Shown here one piece after another: positions 25,677 through 35,607 of a DNA stretch of 64,000 bases. The position numbers and the translations under genes are program-made. The DNA comes from an uncultured Candidatus Saccharibacteria bacterium (lineage in GTDB: Bacteria; Patescibacteriota; Saccharimonadia; Saccharimonadales; Saccharimonadaceae). The notes under the pieces were generated by a model, which saw only the letters and a list, made by a program, of their open reading frames with translations, did no database searches and was not told the origin of the DNA. The stretch spans positions 74,480 to 138,479 of the forward strand of contig CAZQJY010000001.1 in assembly GCA_964593465.1 (NCBI GenBank), written 5' to 3'. Within the stretch, counting starts at the first letter, position 1, and each line of letters starts with the position of its first letter.

Positions 25677-25903
25677 AGTTCTTATGTACCAAGATATACT
25701 ATAGTGCAAATCACTGCAATACTATGCTAATTTTTTACTTTCAAGAGGCACGTCTATACTCTACAAAGACCTTGTGCTTATACTAGGCAATCGTGTAGAG
25801 TATAGACAGAGATGTCGGGGATAAAACAGACATACCATTTTATGAGTATTGCCGCTCAGTCGTGGCTACTGGGTGAGTTTCCTGACACCAAAGGAAAAGT
25901 GTC

Positions 25904-28591
25904 ATGATTCACAAGACGCTCTCCAGGGCTTTTCACCACAACAAACCGCTATTTTTTGCAGTAGCCTTTTTGATGGTCTCGATTACTAGCCTCGCATTCA
26001 ATGTAGCGAATTACTCTGTCTCATATGCTTGGTGCGAGAACAGGATAGATGGCTCATCCGAAAGAAATCACGACTGCCTAATCGATATGTATGACGAAAT
26101 GGGTAGCGAAGACCTAGCAGAAGGGTACACATTCGACCAGTACAATGCAGACATAGACACTTGCATGGGTGGCAATGCAGACGGAACATCCGGTAGTCCT
26201 GACGACCGTTCCGAATGCGCCAATGCCGTACTAACCTGCCGAAGACACTCCGTAGATATAAGCAAGTGCAGCAACGGCGACGTAACAGCCAGTATTGCTG
26301 AGTGGTGCAACGATGGCAAGAGGGGAAGTGCCGGTAGCGATGACTGTGACAGGCTAAAGAGCGAAAACGAAGACAGCTATGGCAAGTTACGCGACTCCTA
26401 CAAGGACAAGGCACGTGAGCATTGTTCTACAGCACAAACTCAACGAGATAGAGAGAATTGCGCAAAAGCCATAGAGGATGCATGTAATATACCTGGGCTG
26501 CAAGATGATGGCACTCCAAGCGGAACAAGTGCAGTAGCCGAGAGAAGACGGCTAAATAGTTGTTACGCAGAGGCACTAATGAATACCGCCACAACAAAAG
26601 AAGATTGTGAAGGTAGGGGTGGTAAGTGGCAAGCAAATAAGTGTGAGCCGGGTGATATTGAGTGTAAAAATGCCGCTGGCGATACAAAAACCGTTAAACT
26701 TGGCGAAGAATGTCCCGCTGGTTACACACCATCCGACCCTAATAATAATCCTCTCGGGGGAGATCCCAACTCTGGGGATCCGGATGCAGGAGGAGAGGAA
26801 GTTACTTGCGCCGTAGATGGAGTAGGCTGGATTGTCTGCCCGATATCAAACTTCCTCGCCAAAATAGCAGACACAGCATACAACCTCATAGAGGGCTTTC
26901 TTGGCTACAACATGATGAGCGACGCAGCTGCTAAAGATAAGCTACAAAAACAATGGTCCGTGTTTGCCAACTTGGCCAATGTAGCTTTTGTAATAGTATT
27001 TCTGATTGTTATCTTTTCGCAGGTGAGCGGATGGGGGATGGATAACTACTCACTCAAACGTATGATGCCGCGTCTTATTGTTGGCGCAATCCTCGTCAAC
27101 GCATCTTTTTGGATATGCGCCATAGCAGTTGATATGTCAAACGTACTAGGCACCAACCTCAAAGAACTACTTACACAGTCGGCAGGGAGCGGTGCGAATA
27201 ATGGCACCTGGGAAAGTGTGATGTCGAGTATTTTGACAGGTACCGCCGTTGTAGGAACAGCTATCGTCATTGGGGCAGTCGGAGCAGCACTTTCGGGCGG
27301 ATTCTTTGCACTACTAGGTCTAGCTCTACCTGTTCTAATAGGTGCACTAGTGGCAATCTTTACAGTATTCCTAATACTAGTAGCTCGCCAAGCACTCATC
27401 ACTATCCTTATAGTGCTTGCGCCCCTTGCGTTTGTAGCCAACCTACTCCCAAATACCGAGCAGTGGTACAAGAGATGGCAAAAAGCATTTATGGGTGTTT
27501 TGGTAGTCTTCCCTGCCATAGCTATACTTTTTGGCGGAGCCCAACTAGCTGCAGGTATTCTCATGAGTGCTGGCGGTATCACTATGAATATCTTTGCACT
27601 TGGCGTGCAGGCAGCACCACTCTTCTTAGTACTTACCGTCCTCAAAAAGCTGATGCAGGTGGATGGAATTGCAGGTATGTCGCAACGGTTTGGCGGCAAG
27701 TTAGGTGGCGCGCTCGGAAAAAAAGGACAAGAGGCAGCGAACAGGCGGCAAGCAAAATTCAATGCAAACCATATGGCACCCAGTAATCACAGCAGGTGGG
27801 ATCCTAGAAGATACGCAGGCGGAGCCGCACGGCGCGCAAAACAACATGCATGGGAGGACGGAATAACAGAGCAAAGAGCCAATGAGGCCTTTCGTAGTAG
27901 TAATTCAGAACGCCTGAGAAACGACCCTGAGTATAGAATGCGTATGGCTGGCAATAATGAAGATACGGCGAATCTACTCCGAGCACAGGCTGAGCAGCAG
28001 GGAGTTGAAGAGGCTACTAAGCATAAACAAGCATTTCAAACTAGATACGATGACATGAGTAGTGATGCGATAATGAGTGAGCTTGGCCTAACAATAGACA
28101 ATGACGGCAACATAGATGGCATGGAGCAAGCACTCGAGCGGAACGGTGCGCAGGTTGCTGCCGCAGTAGCCGCCCTTGGAAAGCGAGGTTTCGACAATAA
28201 CGGACACCTTGCTGGTATATCTAATGCAGTCATTGCGCATGCCGAAGGGTCGTCTATGGCACGTGGCGCAGTGGCTGAGTCTATGACTAATCTCGGTGTT
28301 ATGGGAGCGGGTGCTGCAAACGCAATGCGCATGGAGGGACCTGGTGGAGACAATCTTGATCGGCGACTAGCTGCATCAGCAGCAGGTATGAGCGAAGAGA
28401 ACATCGCAAAACTTCGAGGAAGTGAATTTGCAGCCGTTGCCAACGCAGCCCAACAAACAGGCAACTTCGATGCTATGACGAATTTAGTTGATAAATCAGA
28501 AAGACTTATTAACCCCGACCATCGATTGCATGGTCAGATAAAAGAAGGTACCATCCAAGAGATGGAACGATTAGGAATAAGACGACCATGA
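25904..28591 (+). CDS. VirB6/TrbL-like polytopic membrane protein with Cys-rich N-terminal domain
   Basis: CAVDGVGWIVCP, W..F.N.AN..F.I.FL..IFSQ, LVAR..L...L.PLA...LLP..WY.RW TM core; first gene of the T4SS-like operon. Confidence 0.75.
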   Translation: MIHKTLSRAFHHNKPLFFAVAFLMVSITSLAFNVANYSVSYAWCENRIDGSSERNHDCLIDMYDEMGSEDLAEGYTFDQYNADIDTCMGGNADGTSGSPDDRSECANAVLTCRRHSVDISKCSNGDVTASIAEWCNDGKRGSAGSDDCDRLKSENEDSYGKLRDSYKDKAREHCSTAQTQRDRENCAKAIEDACNIPGLQDDGTPSGTSAVAERRRLNSCYAEALMNTATTKEDCEGRGGKWQANKCEPGDIECKNAAGDTKTVKLGEECPAGYTPSDPNNNPLGGDPNSGDPDAGGEEVTCAVDGVGWIVCPISNFLAKIADTAYNLIEGFLGYNMMSDAAAKDKLQKQWSVFANLANVAFVIVFLIVIFSQVSGWGMDNYSLKRMMPRLIVGAILVNASFWICAIAVDMSNVLGTNLKELLTQSAGSGANNGTWESVMSSILTGTAVVGTAIVIGAVGAALSGGFFALLGLALPVLIGALVAIFTVFLILVARQALITILIVLAPLAFVANLLPNTEQWYKRWQKAFMGVLVVFPAIAILFGGAQLAAGILMSAGGITMNIFALGVQAAPLFLVLTVLKKLMQVDGIAGMSQRFGGKLGGALGKKGQEAANRRQAKFNANHMAPSNHSRWDPRRYAGGAARRAKQHAWEDGITEQRANEAFRSSNSERLRNDPEYRMRMAGNNEDTANLLRAQAEQQGVEEATKHKQAFQTRYDDMSSDAIMSELGLTIDNDGNIDGMEQALERNGAQVAAAVAALGKRGFDNNGHLAGISNAVIAHAEGSSMARGAVAESMTNLGVMGAGAANAMRMEGPGGDNLDRRLAASAAGMSEENIAKLRGSEFAAVANAAQQTGNFDAMTNLVDKSERLINPDHRLHGQIKEGTIQEMERLGIRRP

Positions 28592-28605
28592 GGATAATGT
28601 AGGAT

Positions 28606-29433
28606 ATGGCAGTATATAAAGTACCCCAAGACATCGAAGCCGAAGACAAGCTCCTCGGGCCGTTTACATTTCGACAATTCATCTATCTCATCGTAGTGGC
28701 GATGTCTGGTGGGCTGGGCTATATACTCTGGCAGCTAGCTCCGCCACTCGCGCTCATCTCTGCGCCACCAATTATCGTATTTGGCACACTTGCGCTACCA
28801 CTCAAAAAAGACCAGCCTATGGAAACATACGTAGGCGCAATGGTATCGTTTTACTTCCTCAAGCCCCGCAAGCGTTTTTGGCAGCCAGACGGCATCGAAT
28901 CACTCGTAGAGATTACTGCACCAAAAAACGCACCACCAGATCGCGTGAAGCACATCACGCAAGACGAAGCACGCGACCAGCTTGACTACCTATCCGACAT
29001 CGTAGAGTCTCGCGGCTGGAGTGTGCGTGGTGTTGGTGTTCCCCTGTCTGGCATCTCTGACACCACTGCCATGCAGCAACAACAGCCCGCCACGAGCGAA
29101 TACGACTCAGACGACATGTTTAGCAAAGGTAGCGCCAGCGCCCAAAGGTTTAGCCAAATCCTCGATAGCAGTGGCGGTACAGCTCGCGGCAAGCTACTTA
29201 CACAGTTCCAAGAACAAGCAAGCGCAATGCCCGCAGCACCGCCAGAACCAGCTACAACACAAAATCCTACGCCAAGCACTAGCGTAAACAGTGTATCTAC
29301 TGGTATAATTGACCTTGCAAACGATAACGCGGGACTTTCAGTGTCTGCGATGGCGAAAATCGCCAATATCCAGACCGATACAAAAGACCACGGATTATCA
29401 GATGGTGATGAGGGCGAGTTATCGTTACATTAA
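28606..29433 (+). CDS. PrgI family (VirB3-like) membrane protein
   Basis: YKVPQDIEAEDKLLGPFTFRQF, two TM helices, DQPME..KPRKRFW. Confidence 0.85.
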   Translation: MAVYKVPQDIEAEDKLLGPFTFRQFIYLIVVAMSGGLGYILWQLAPPLALISAPPIIVFGTLALPLKKDQPMETYVGAMVSFYFLKPRKRFWQPDGIESLVEITAPKNAPPDRVKHITQDEARDQLDYLSDIVESRGWSVRGVGVPLSGISDTTAMQQQQPATSEYDSDDMFSKGSASAQRFSQILDSSGGTARGKLLTQFQEQASAMPAAPPEPATTQNPTPSTSVNSVSTGIIDLANDNAGLSVSAMAKIANIQTDTKDHGLSDGDEGELSLH

Positions 29434-29470
29434 ACAGACAAAGTTGTTAGTAAACTAGGAGGGGTAGGGA

Positions 29471-30646
29471 GTGCAACCACAAAACCAGCAATATCCGCCG
29501 GCGGCAGATCCGTATGGCTATAATCCTGCAGCTCAGGGTGTACCCGCACAGCCTCCTATGGACCCGCAGCAGATGCAGCAGCCATATGTTGCCGCTCCTC
29601 AACCTGTGGCGGGAGTAGTAGACCCCTACACACAGCAACCCCCTATAGCACCAGCTTATCCGCCGGCGGCAGATCCGTATGGCTATAATCCTGCAGCTCA
29701 GGGTGTACCCGCACAGCCTCCTATGGACCCGCAGCAGATGCAGCAGCCATATGTTGCCGCTCCTCAACCTGTGGCGGGAGTAACGGATCCGTATGCCGGG
29801 CAACCCTCGGTAGCAATGCCGGAGCCAATCCCCACAGCCCCTACAACAAACCCAAATCTCATCCCCGACACAGCAGTGCAAGGTGCAACAGGTGCCAAAG
29901 AAGCGCCAAAAAAGGCACCTCAGCGCCCCAAAAACACCACCCAAAACACCTTACTCTTCTCGGAAATCCGTGACAATATGGTAGTTATGGCAGATGGCAG
30001 TTTTCGTGCGGTGATTGCCTGCGAATCCATCAACTTCGACCTAATGAGCGCGCGCGAACGCGAGGGTGTCGAGTTTAGTTACCAAAACTTCATCAATTCA
30101 CTCACACACCCAGTCCAAATCCTCATTCGTTCGCAAAAAGTTGACATCGGCCCCTACCTAGACCGCCTGACAAAAATCCGTAAGTCACAAGACAACATGC
30201 TCCTTGGGGTACTCATGGACGACTACATAGATTTTGTGGACATCCTAGCAGAGGAAGCCAACATCATGGACAAAAGCTTCTACGTAGTGATTCCGTATTC
30301 ACCAACAGGCGACCTAAGTAACATCAAAGACAAGGGCAAGGGATTTTTGGCTGGACTATTTGGTAGCACTACCAACCAAGCCATCACCAAGATCGACAAA
30401 ATCACTTACGAAAAAGCTAAGGATGAAATGAAACACCGCATCGACTCAGTCACAAGCGGGCTTTTCGCTATGGGTGTACACTGCGCGCAACTCAATACCA
30501 AGCAGCTCGGTGAACTTTACTATAGCTATTACAATCCAGACATCGCCATCCGCGAGCCTCTGGGTAACTTCGAATCCAACACCTTTACCTATGTACGCAA
30601 AGGCGAGGGCGAAGCACAAAGACCAAACATAGGAGGAAAAATATAA
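29471..30646 (+). CDS. T4SS VirB4 N-terminal-like partner (TcpE/TraC-type) with Pro/Gln-rich repeat N-terminus
   Basis: TQNTL..SEIRDN, NFDLMS.RE.E..Y..F.NSL..PVQI.IRS, FYVVIPY; upstream of the VirB4 ATPase. Confidence 0.72.
   Translation: MQPQNQQYPPAADPYGYNPAAQGVPAQPPMDPQQMQQPYVAAPQPVAGVVDPYTQQPPIAPAYPPAADPYGYNPAAQGVPAQPPMDPQQMQQPYVAAPQPVAGVTDPYAGQPSVAMPEPIPTAPTTNPNLIPDTAVQGATGAKEAPKKAPQRPKNTTQNTLLFSEIRDNMVVMADGSFRAVIACESINFDLMSAREREGVEFSYQNFINSLTHPVQILIRSQKVDIGPYLDRLTKIRKSQDNMLLGVLMDDYIDFVDILAEEANIMDKSFYVVIPYSPTGDLSNIKDKGKGFLAGLFGSTTNQAITKIDKITYEKAKDEMKHRIDSVTSGLFAMGVHCAQLNTKQLGELYYSYYNPDIAIREPLGNFESNTFTYVRKGEGEAQRPNIGGKI
29492..29782 (+). repeat. 126-bp perfect direct repeat (29492-29617 and 29657-29782; period 165 bp)
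   Basis: identical nucleotide copies encoding YPPAADPYGYNPAAQGVPAQPPMDPQQMQQPYVAAPQPVAGV. Confidence 0.92.
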
Positions 30647-32481
30647 TGGCCAAAAAGCAAGACGCTGTCGATATTGCTGCGCAGCAGCGTGCACGTGAAC
30701 AGGCCGAGGTGGAACAGGCATTCCTCAAGGGTGTCAATACACTTCGTGACCTGATTGCTCCTAGTAGCCTAGAATTCCACGCCGATCATTTCCGCCTAGG
30801 TACCAAGTATGGCCGCACGCTCTACATCTACGGCTATCCACGCCAGCTCTACACTGGCTGGCTTAGTAGTATTATCAACATGGACGAAGTGCTCGACGTA
30901 AGTATGTTCCTCTACCCAGTGGACACGCAAGTAGTGATGAACAACCTCAAGAAAAAGGTGACTCAGCTCGAAGCTAGCATGGCTATTAATCAAGAAAAAG
31001 GCAAGACACGTGACCCAGGCCTTGAAGCTGCGCTGCAAGATGCAGAGGAACTGCGAGACGAGTTGCAGGTGGGTAGCGAGAAATTCTTCCGCTACGGCCT
31101 CTATATTACGCTATACTCCGACAACCTAGAGGATATGACGTTTGTTCAAAACAAGGTAGAAACATTGTTTGGCCAGCAGCTCGTATTTAGCAAAGTAGCA
31201 AGCAGCCAGCAGGAACAAGGGCTCAATAGTACCGTGCCACACCTGATGGATCAGTTGCAGATTCGCCGCAACATGAACACAGGTGCTATCTCGACGTCGT
31301 TCCCATTTACCAGCGCCGACCTGACGCAAGAGCAGGGTATCCTCTATGGTATAAACATGCACAACAACGGTCTGGTAATCTTTGACCGCTTTACACTAGA
31401 AAATGCCAACATGGTGGTGTTTGCAAAGTCTGGTGCTGGTAAATCATTTACCGTCAAACTCGAGGCAGTTCGCTCGATGATGGTGGGCGCAGATGTACTT
31501 ATTATCGACCCAGAAAACGAGTACCAGAAGCTTAGCGATGCCGTGGGCGGCAGCTACATTCGTCTGAGCCTCAACTCTGACGTGCGCATCAATCCGTTTG
31601 ACCTACCAAAGGTAATCGACACAGAAGATAGCGACGACGCGCTACGCGCCAACCTTGTAACACTCCACGGCTTGCTCCGTCTCATGCTTGGCGGTGCTAC
31701 AGCTACAAACACCAACGTGACACTTAGCCCAGAGCAAGAAGCCGACCTAGACCAGGCACTTATCGACACCTATGCACGTATCGGTATCACTAGCGATCCA
31801 CTCACACACACCAGCCCTCCACCAACTATGAGTGACCTCTATGATACATTACTCCATATGGGTGGCACCGGGCCACAGCTAGCGCAACGCCTACGCAAGT
31901 TTACGAGCGGTACGTTTGCGGGTATATTCTCACAGCAGAGCAACGTAGACATCAACAACTCTATGGTCGTCTTCAATATTCGCGACCTAGAGGACGAGCT
32001 ACGGCCAATTGCCATGTATATCGTACTCAGCCACATCTGGAACATTACTCGCTCACAGCGCAGGAAGCGTATGCTCATTGTGGATGAGGCATGGCAACTC
32101 ATGAAATACGAAGACTCAGCAAACTTCCTCTTTAGCCTCGCCAAGCGAGCTCGTAAATATTACCTGGGGATCACCACAATCACACAGGATGTCGAAGACT
32201 TTATGAGTAGCAAAATGGGCCGCGCTATCGTAGCCAACAGCTCTATGCAGCTACTACTCAAACAATCCGCTAGTGCAGTAGATGTACTCGGCGATGTATT
32301 TAAACTCACAGAAGAAGAGCGCAAGCGCCTCGGCAGCTTCCCGGTAGGGCAGGGGCTTTTCTTTGCGGGGCAAAATCACGTACATATACAGGTGATAGCT
32401 AGCCAGACAGAGACGCAACTCGTCACGACAAATCCGCTCGAAGCAGTTAAGCAGGAAAAACAGCAAGAACAGCAAGGGTAA
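30646..32481 (+). CDS. VirB4-like T4SS ATPase
   Basis: AKSGAGKS Walker A, IIDPENEY, INPFDL, IVDEAWQLM Walker B, KRARKY, TQDVEDF. Confidence 0.92.
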   Translation: MAKKQDAVDIAAQQRAREQAEVEQAFLKGVNTLRDLIAPSSLEFHADHFRLGTKYGRTLYIYGYPRQLYTGWLSSIINMDEVLDVSMFLYPVDTQVVMNNLKKKVTQLEASMAINQEKGKTRDPGLEAALQDAEELRDELQVGSEKFFRYGLYITLYSDNLEDMTFVQNKVETLFGQQLVFSKVASSQQEQGLNSTVPHLMDQLQIRRNMNTGAISTSFPFTSADLTQEQGILYGINMHNNGLVIFDRFTLENANMVVFAKSGAGKSFTVKLEAVRSMMVGADVLIIDPENEYQKLSDAVGGSYIRLSLNSDVRINPFDLPKVIDTEDSDDALRANLVTLHGLLRLMLGGATATNTNVTLSPEQEADLDQALIDTYARIGITSDPLTHTSPPPTMSDLYDTLLHMGGTGPQLAQRLRKFTSGTFAGIFSQQSNVDINNSMVVFNIRDLEDELRPIAMYIVLSHIWNITRSQRRKRMLIVDEAWQLMKYEDSANFLFSLAKRARKYYLGITTITQDVEDFMSSKMGRAIVANSSMQLLLKQSASAVDVLGDVFKLTEEERKRLGSFPVGQGLFFAGQNHVHIQVIASQTETQLVTTNPLEAVKQEKQQEQQG

Positions 32482-32484
32482 TAC

Positions 32485-35400
32485 ATGTCTACTGCGCTCG
32501 ACGATGACAAGCTAAACCCTGCCAATACCTCCACTTGGGATGACGAAAGAGGTGCGCCAGCAATTAAAAGCGCCCGTGATGGAGAGCAGGCTAATTTTGA
32601 TCGTGAGCTCGACGGTATAACAAATGACTCCAATATATCCGACCTAAAAAATGCCGAAGGTAGCGGGGGCAACAAATCTGCAACTGACGGCAATATCGAG
32701 AAGAAAAAGGAAGAAGACGAAGAAGAGTCTGGTTTCAAAAAACGCCTCAAAAAATCTGGACCACTAATCGGTGTTGGTGGTATCATCGCAGCATTCATGG
32801 GTACTGCGAGCTTTTTTGGATTGCCTGCCGCACTACTTGTTACATTCGAGGGTGTTCTCACTAACGCAAACTCACACGATACGCGCGCTAATACAGTATT
32901 GATGCGTGGTCGCATGGGTGCAATGTTTAATAATATGCTTGGTACGGGCCGCGACTGCTCTGCCAGCAAAATCAAATGTAAAGTCGCAACCATGGGTAAT
33001 CGAGAGTTGAAGCGACTAAAGGCAATCGACGGCGTAGAGGTCGAGACCAATAAGTCCAAGAAAAACCCTTTTCGTAACAAAGTAAGAAAGATGTCTATAC
33101 CTCTAAGCGATGGCACGAAGGTAGAAGTGAAAAACGCCGCTGAGTTTAATCAGCTTATGCGTGATAACCCTGATTTTAGGCGAACAATGTTTCGTGTCCA
33201 GCATCCTATAGCCTCTGCATTTATAGGGGTTGGTAAAAATGGATGGTCAAAATTTAAAGACAAGATTCTCAAAAAATACAATATCAATATGGGAGATAAG
33301 TTTAAGGCATCCAAAAAAAAGGACCCTGAAGAGCGTGATAAAGAAAATAAAAAGAATATGAATGAAAAGACAGGTGCAGATACTGACAAGGATAAGAATT
33401 CGAGGATAGATAAGTATAAGAAGAAACTCAAAACCTCACAGCTTGGCAAAGCAGCCGACAAAGCCAAAGGTGGTATTAGAAAAGCTGCCATCAAATCTGG
33501 TGCTGGTGGTATAGCAGCGGGAGTTTCTTTGGCAACAATGCCAGTAGAATTAGCCTGTATGTCGTACAATATCATACGTGCATCGGTTGCTACAATCAAA
33601 GTAGCCTACATGAAAGATCTTGTGTCCTTTGCATATCCTTTTTTTCGCATAGCTAGCCAGTTACGCAATCAGGGAGATGTAGACCCTACCGAAGCAGAAT
33701 ATGTAGGTAAGAGAGTAGGTCTACAAGTAACCAAGTCTAGTGATAGCTCGATAGTTGGCAAAAATGCTACTGATTCTCAAGGTTTTCAGGCAGCCTTAAA
33801 CGGAGATGCCAGTAAACTAAAGGATCACACCAAGAAGCTTATGCCATGGTATATGGTTGGAGGAGTAAAGGGATCTGAGCTAATTAAAGGCGTACAAGAA
33901 ACCTTAGGTGGCAAAAAAAATATACGCAATATGTGTATAGCCGCAACTATAGCAGGGTTTGCAACAGGCGCAATTAGTGGAGTCGCCGCACTCGCGCAAT
34001 GCGCAACTATAGTTGGGTGTATTGCTCCGATTGCCGGAATGATACTAGGTTTTGTTGGTGGAGCGGTACTTGCAGATATTGTCGTAGACCAAGCTATAGA
34101 GGCTCTCACTAGCGAATCAGCTCAACGAATAGTCGAGGCGGGACTTGATGCCGATCTTGTAGGACCACCCCTAGGAGATGCTCTTGCCGGAGCAATGGCT
34201 ATCATGGGGACAGAAAAAGATCGCGCTTCTGGCCTTCGACCAGCAACAAGTACAAACGAAGTACTCGTCTACAACAAGACAACCGAGTCATATTACCAAG
34301 ACTACCTTGCTTTCGAGAAAGACGAGGCCGGAGAGACACCACTCAATCCATATAGAGAATTTTCGTTTGCAAATCAATTTATAAAAAGTATGTATCCTGA
34401 CGGGGTAAAAACAGATTCAATAGGAGGGATGCTTGGCAATCTCACGACAATCGCCATGACCCCAATGAAGCTCTTGGGCGGATCGGCCGCTTCTGCGGCG
34501 GCACGCAGTAGCGGATACTATATGCCAAATCCAATCACAGACGATATTGATAATCTTAAAAATGCTATTTCGCGTTGCGAAGATGTTCAGATGGAAGAAG
34601 TTGGATTTATATGCGATATGCACGGACGACCAGTGAGCGTCATAGACCCTAGGGTGCTAGGTTGTGCAGACAAGATGGCCAAGGGTGAAGATTTGATTGA
34701 TGTCGATGACGAAGGCACAAAGATGACAAAATGCTTCAGTGACATGATTGATTATATGACAGATAATGATTATATCGATGAGGAAGGCAAACCCACTAAA
34801 TTCGATACCTATAGCGACTGTGGGGGCGAGGAGGAGAAGAAGTGCGAGACAGACTACCTCTACTTCAAGGCATACTGCACAGAAGATAGGGTATACCCAT
34901 GGGGCACATCCGTCAGAGAGATAGATAGTGATATGATGAGCCCCAGCGCCACTAAGGCAAATAGCTGGAGAGATGGCGTACTATGCTCGGGCAAGAACGA
35001 AGCGGGAGAGGAAGATAGAGCATGGGCAAACAAAATCTATAACTTCTCATTCTACTACAACTTCTGCGAGTCACAGCTATCATTGCCAGAAAGTACAGAT
35101 GGATGCTGGGAAGACGAAGAAGCTGGGGGTAGCGGAAATGAAGCAAACACAAGCTCTGCTGAGAAAAATACTGGAGACTGGGAAGCGCCTGCAACTGGTA
35201 CGTGCGATGCGGCGTCCGGTGGATTCGGCTCCAGAGGTGGTGCGCACAAAGGTATCGATATATCAGCACCGTCAGGAACACCGCTTCTCGCGCCCACAAG
35301 TATGAAAATAATTTTTGTAGGAGTAAGTAGCGACGGTAGTACAGGTAACCAGGTCACCGCAACAGCAACCGACGGCTCAGATTATAGCTTTAGATTTATG

Positions 35401-35607
35401 CATATGCTCGAGAAAGGCCCGATGCAAGAAGGGCAAGAGGTGTCAAAGGGTACAGAGATTGGTAAAATAGGCAGCACAGGCGACTCTACCGGACCACACC
35501 TACACCTTGATGTATTCCCACCGAACGTTGATCCTATGTCATACGGCGGACAAGTTGATCCGATAAAAATATTCCAAGAACACGGAGTTACAATACCATG
35601 TCCATAA
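32485..35607 (+). CDS. giant membrane-anchored M23 peptidase (cassette 1)
   Basis: N-terminal TM, Gly/Ala hydrophobic stretches, C-terminal HKGIDI..HM..STGPHLH. Confidence 0.82.
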   Translation: MSTALDDDKLNPANTSTWDDERGAPAIKSARDGEQANFDRELDGITNDSNISDLKNAEGSGGNKSATDGNIEKKKEEDEEESGFKKRLKKSGPLIGVGGIIAAFMGTASFFGLPAALLVTFEGVLTNANSHDTRANTVLMRGRMGAMFNNMLGTGRDCSASKIKCKVATMGNRELKRLKAIDGVEVETNKSKKNPFRNKVRKMSIPLSDGTKVEVKNAAEFNQLMRDNPDFRRTMFRVQHPIASAFIGVGKNGWSKFKDKILKKYNINMGDKFKASKKKDPEERDKENKKNMNEKTGADTDKDKNSRIDKYKKKLKTSQLGKAADKAKGGIRKAAIKSGAGGIAAGVSLATMPVELACMSYNIIRASVATIKVAYMKDLVSFAYPFFRIASQLRNQGDVDPTEAEYVGKRVGLQVTKSSDSSIVGKNATDSQGFQAALNGDASKLKDHTKKLMPWYMVGGVKGSELIKGVQETLGGKKNIRNMCIAATIAGFATGAISGVAALAQCATIVGCIAPIAGMILGFVGGAVLADIVVDQAIEALTSESAQRIVEAGLDADLVGPPLGDALAGAMAIMGTEKDRASGLRPATSTNEVLVYNKTTESYYQDYLAFEKDEAGETPLNPYREFSFANQFIKSMYPDGVKTDSIGGMLGNLTTIAMTPMKLLGGSAASAAARSSGYYMPNPITDDIDNLKNAISRCEDVQMEEVGFICDMHGRPVSVIDPRVLGCADKMAKGEDLIDVDDEGTKMTKCFSDMIDYMTDNDYIDEEGKPTKFDTYSDCGGEEEKKCETDYLYFKAYCTEDRVYPWGTSVREIDSDMMSPSATKANSWRDGVLCSGKNEAGEEDRAWANKIYNFSFYYNFCESQLSLPESTDGCWEDEEAGGSGNEANTSSAEKNTGDWEAPATGTCDAASGGFGSRGGAHKGIDISAPSGTPLLAPTSMKIIFVGVSSDGSTGNQVTATATDGSDYSFRFMHMLEKGPMQEGQEVSKGTEIGKIGSTGDSTGPHLHLDVFPPNVDPMSYGGQVDPIKIFQEHGVTIPCP

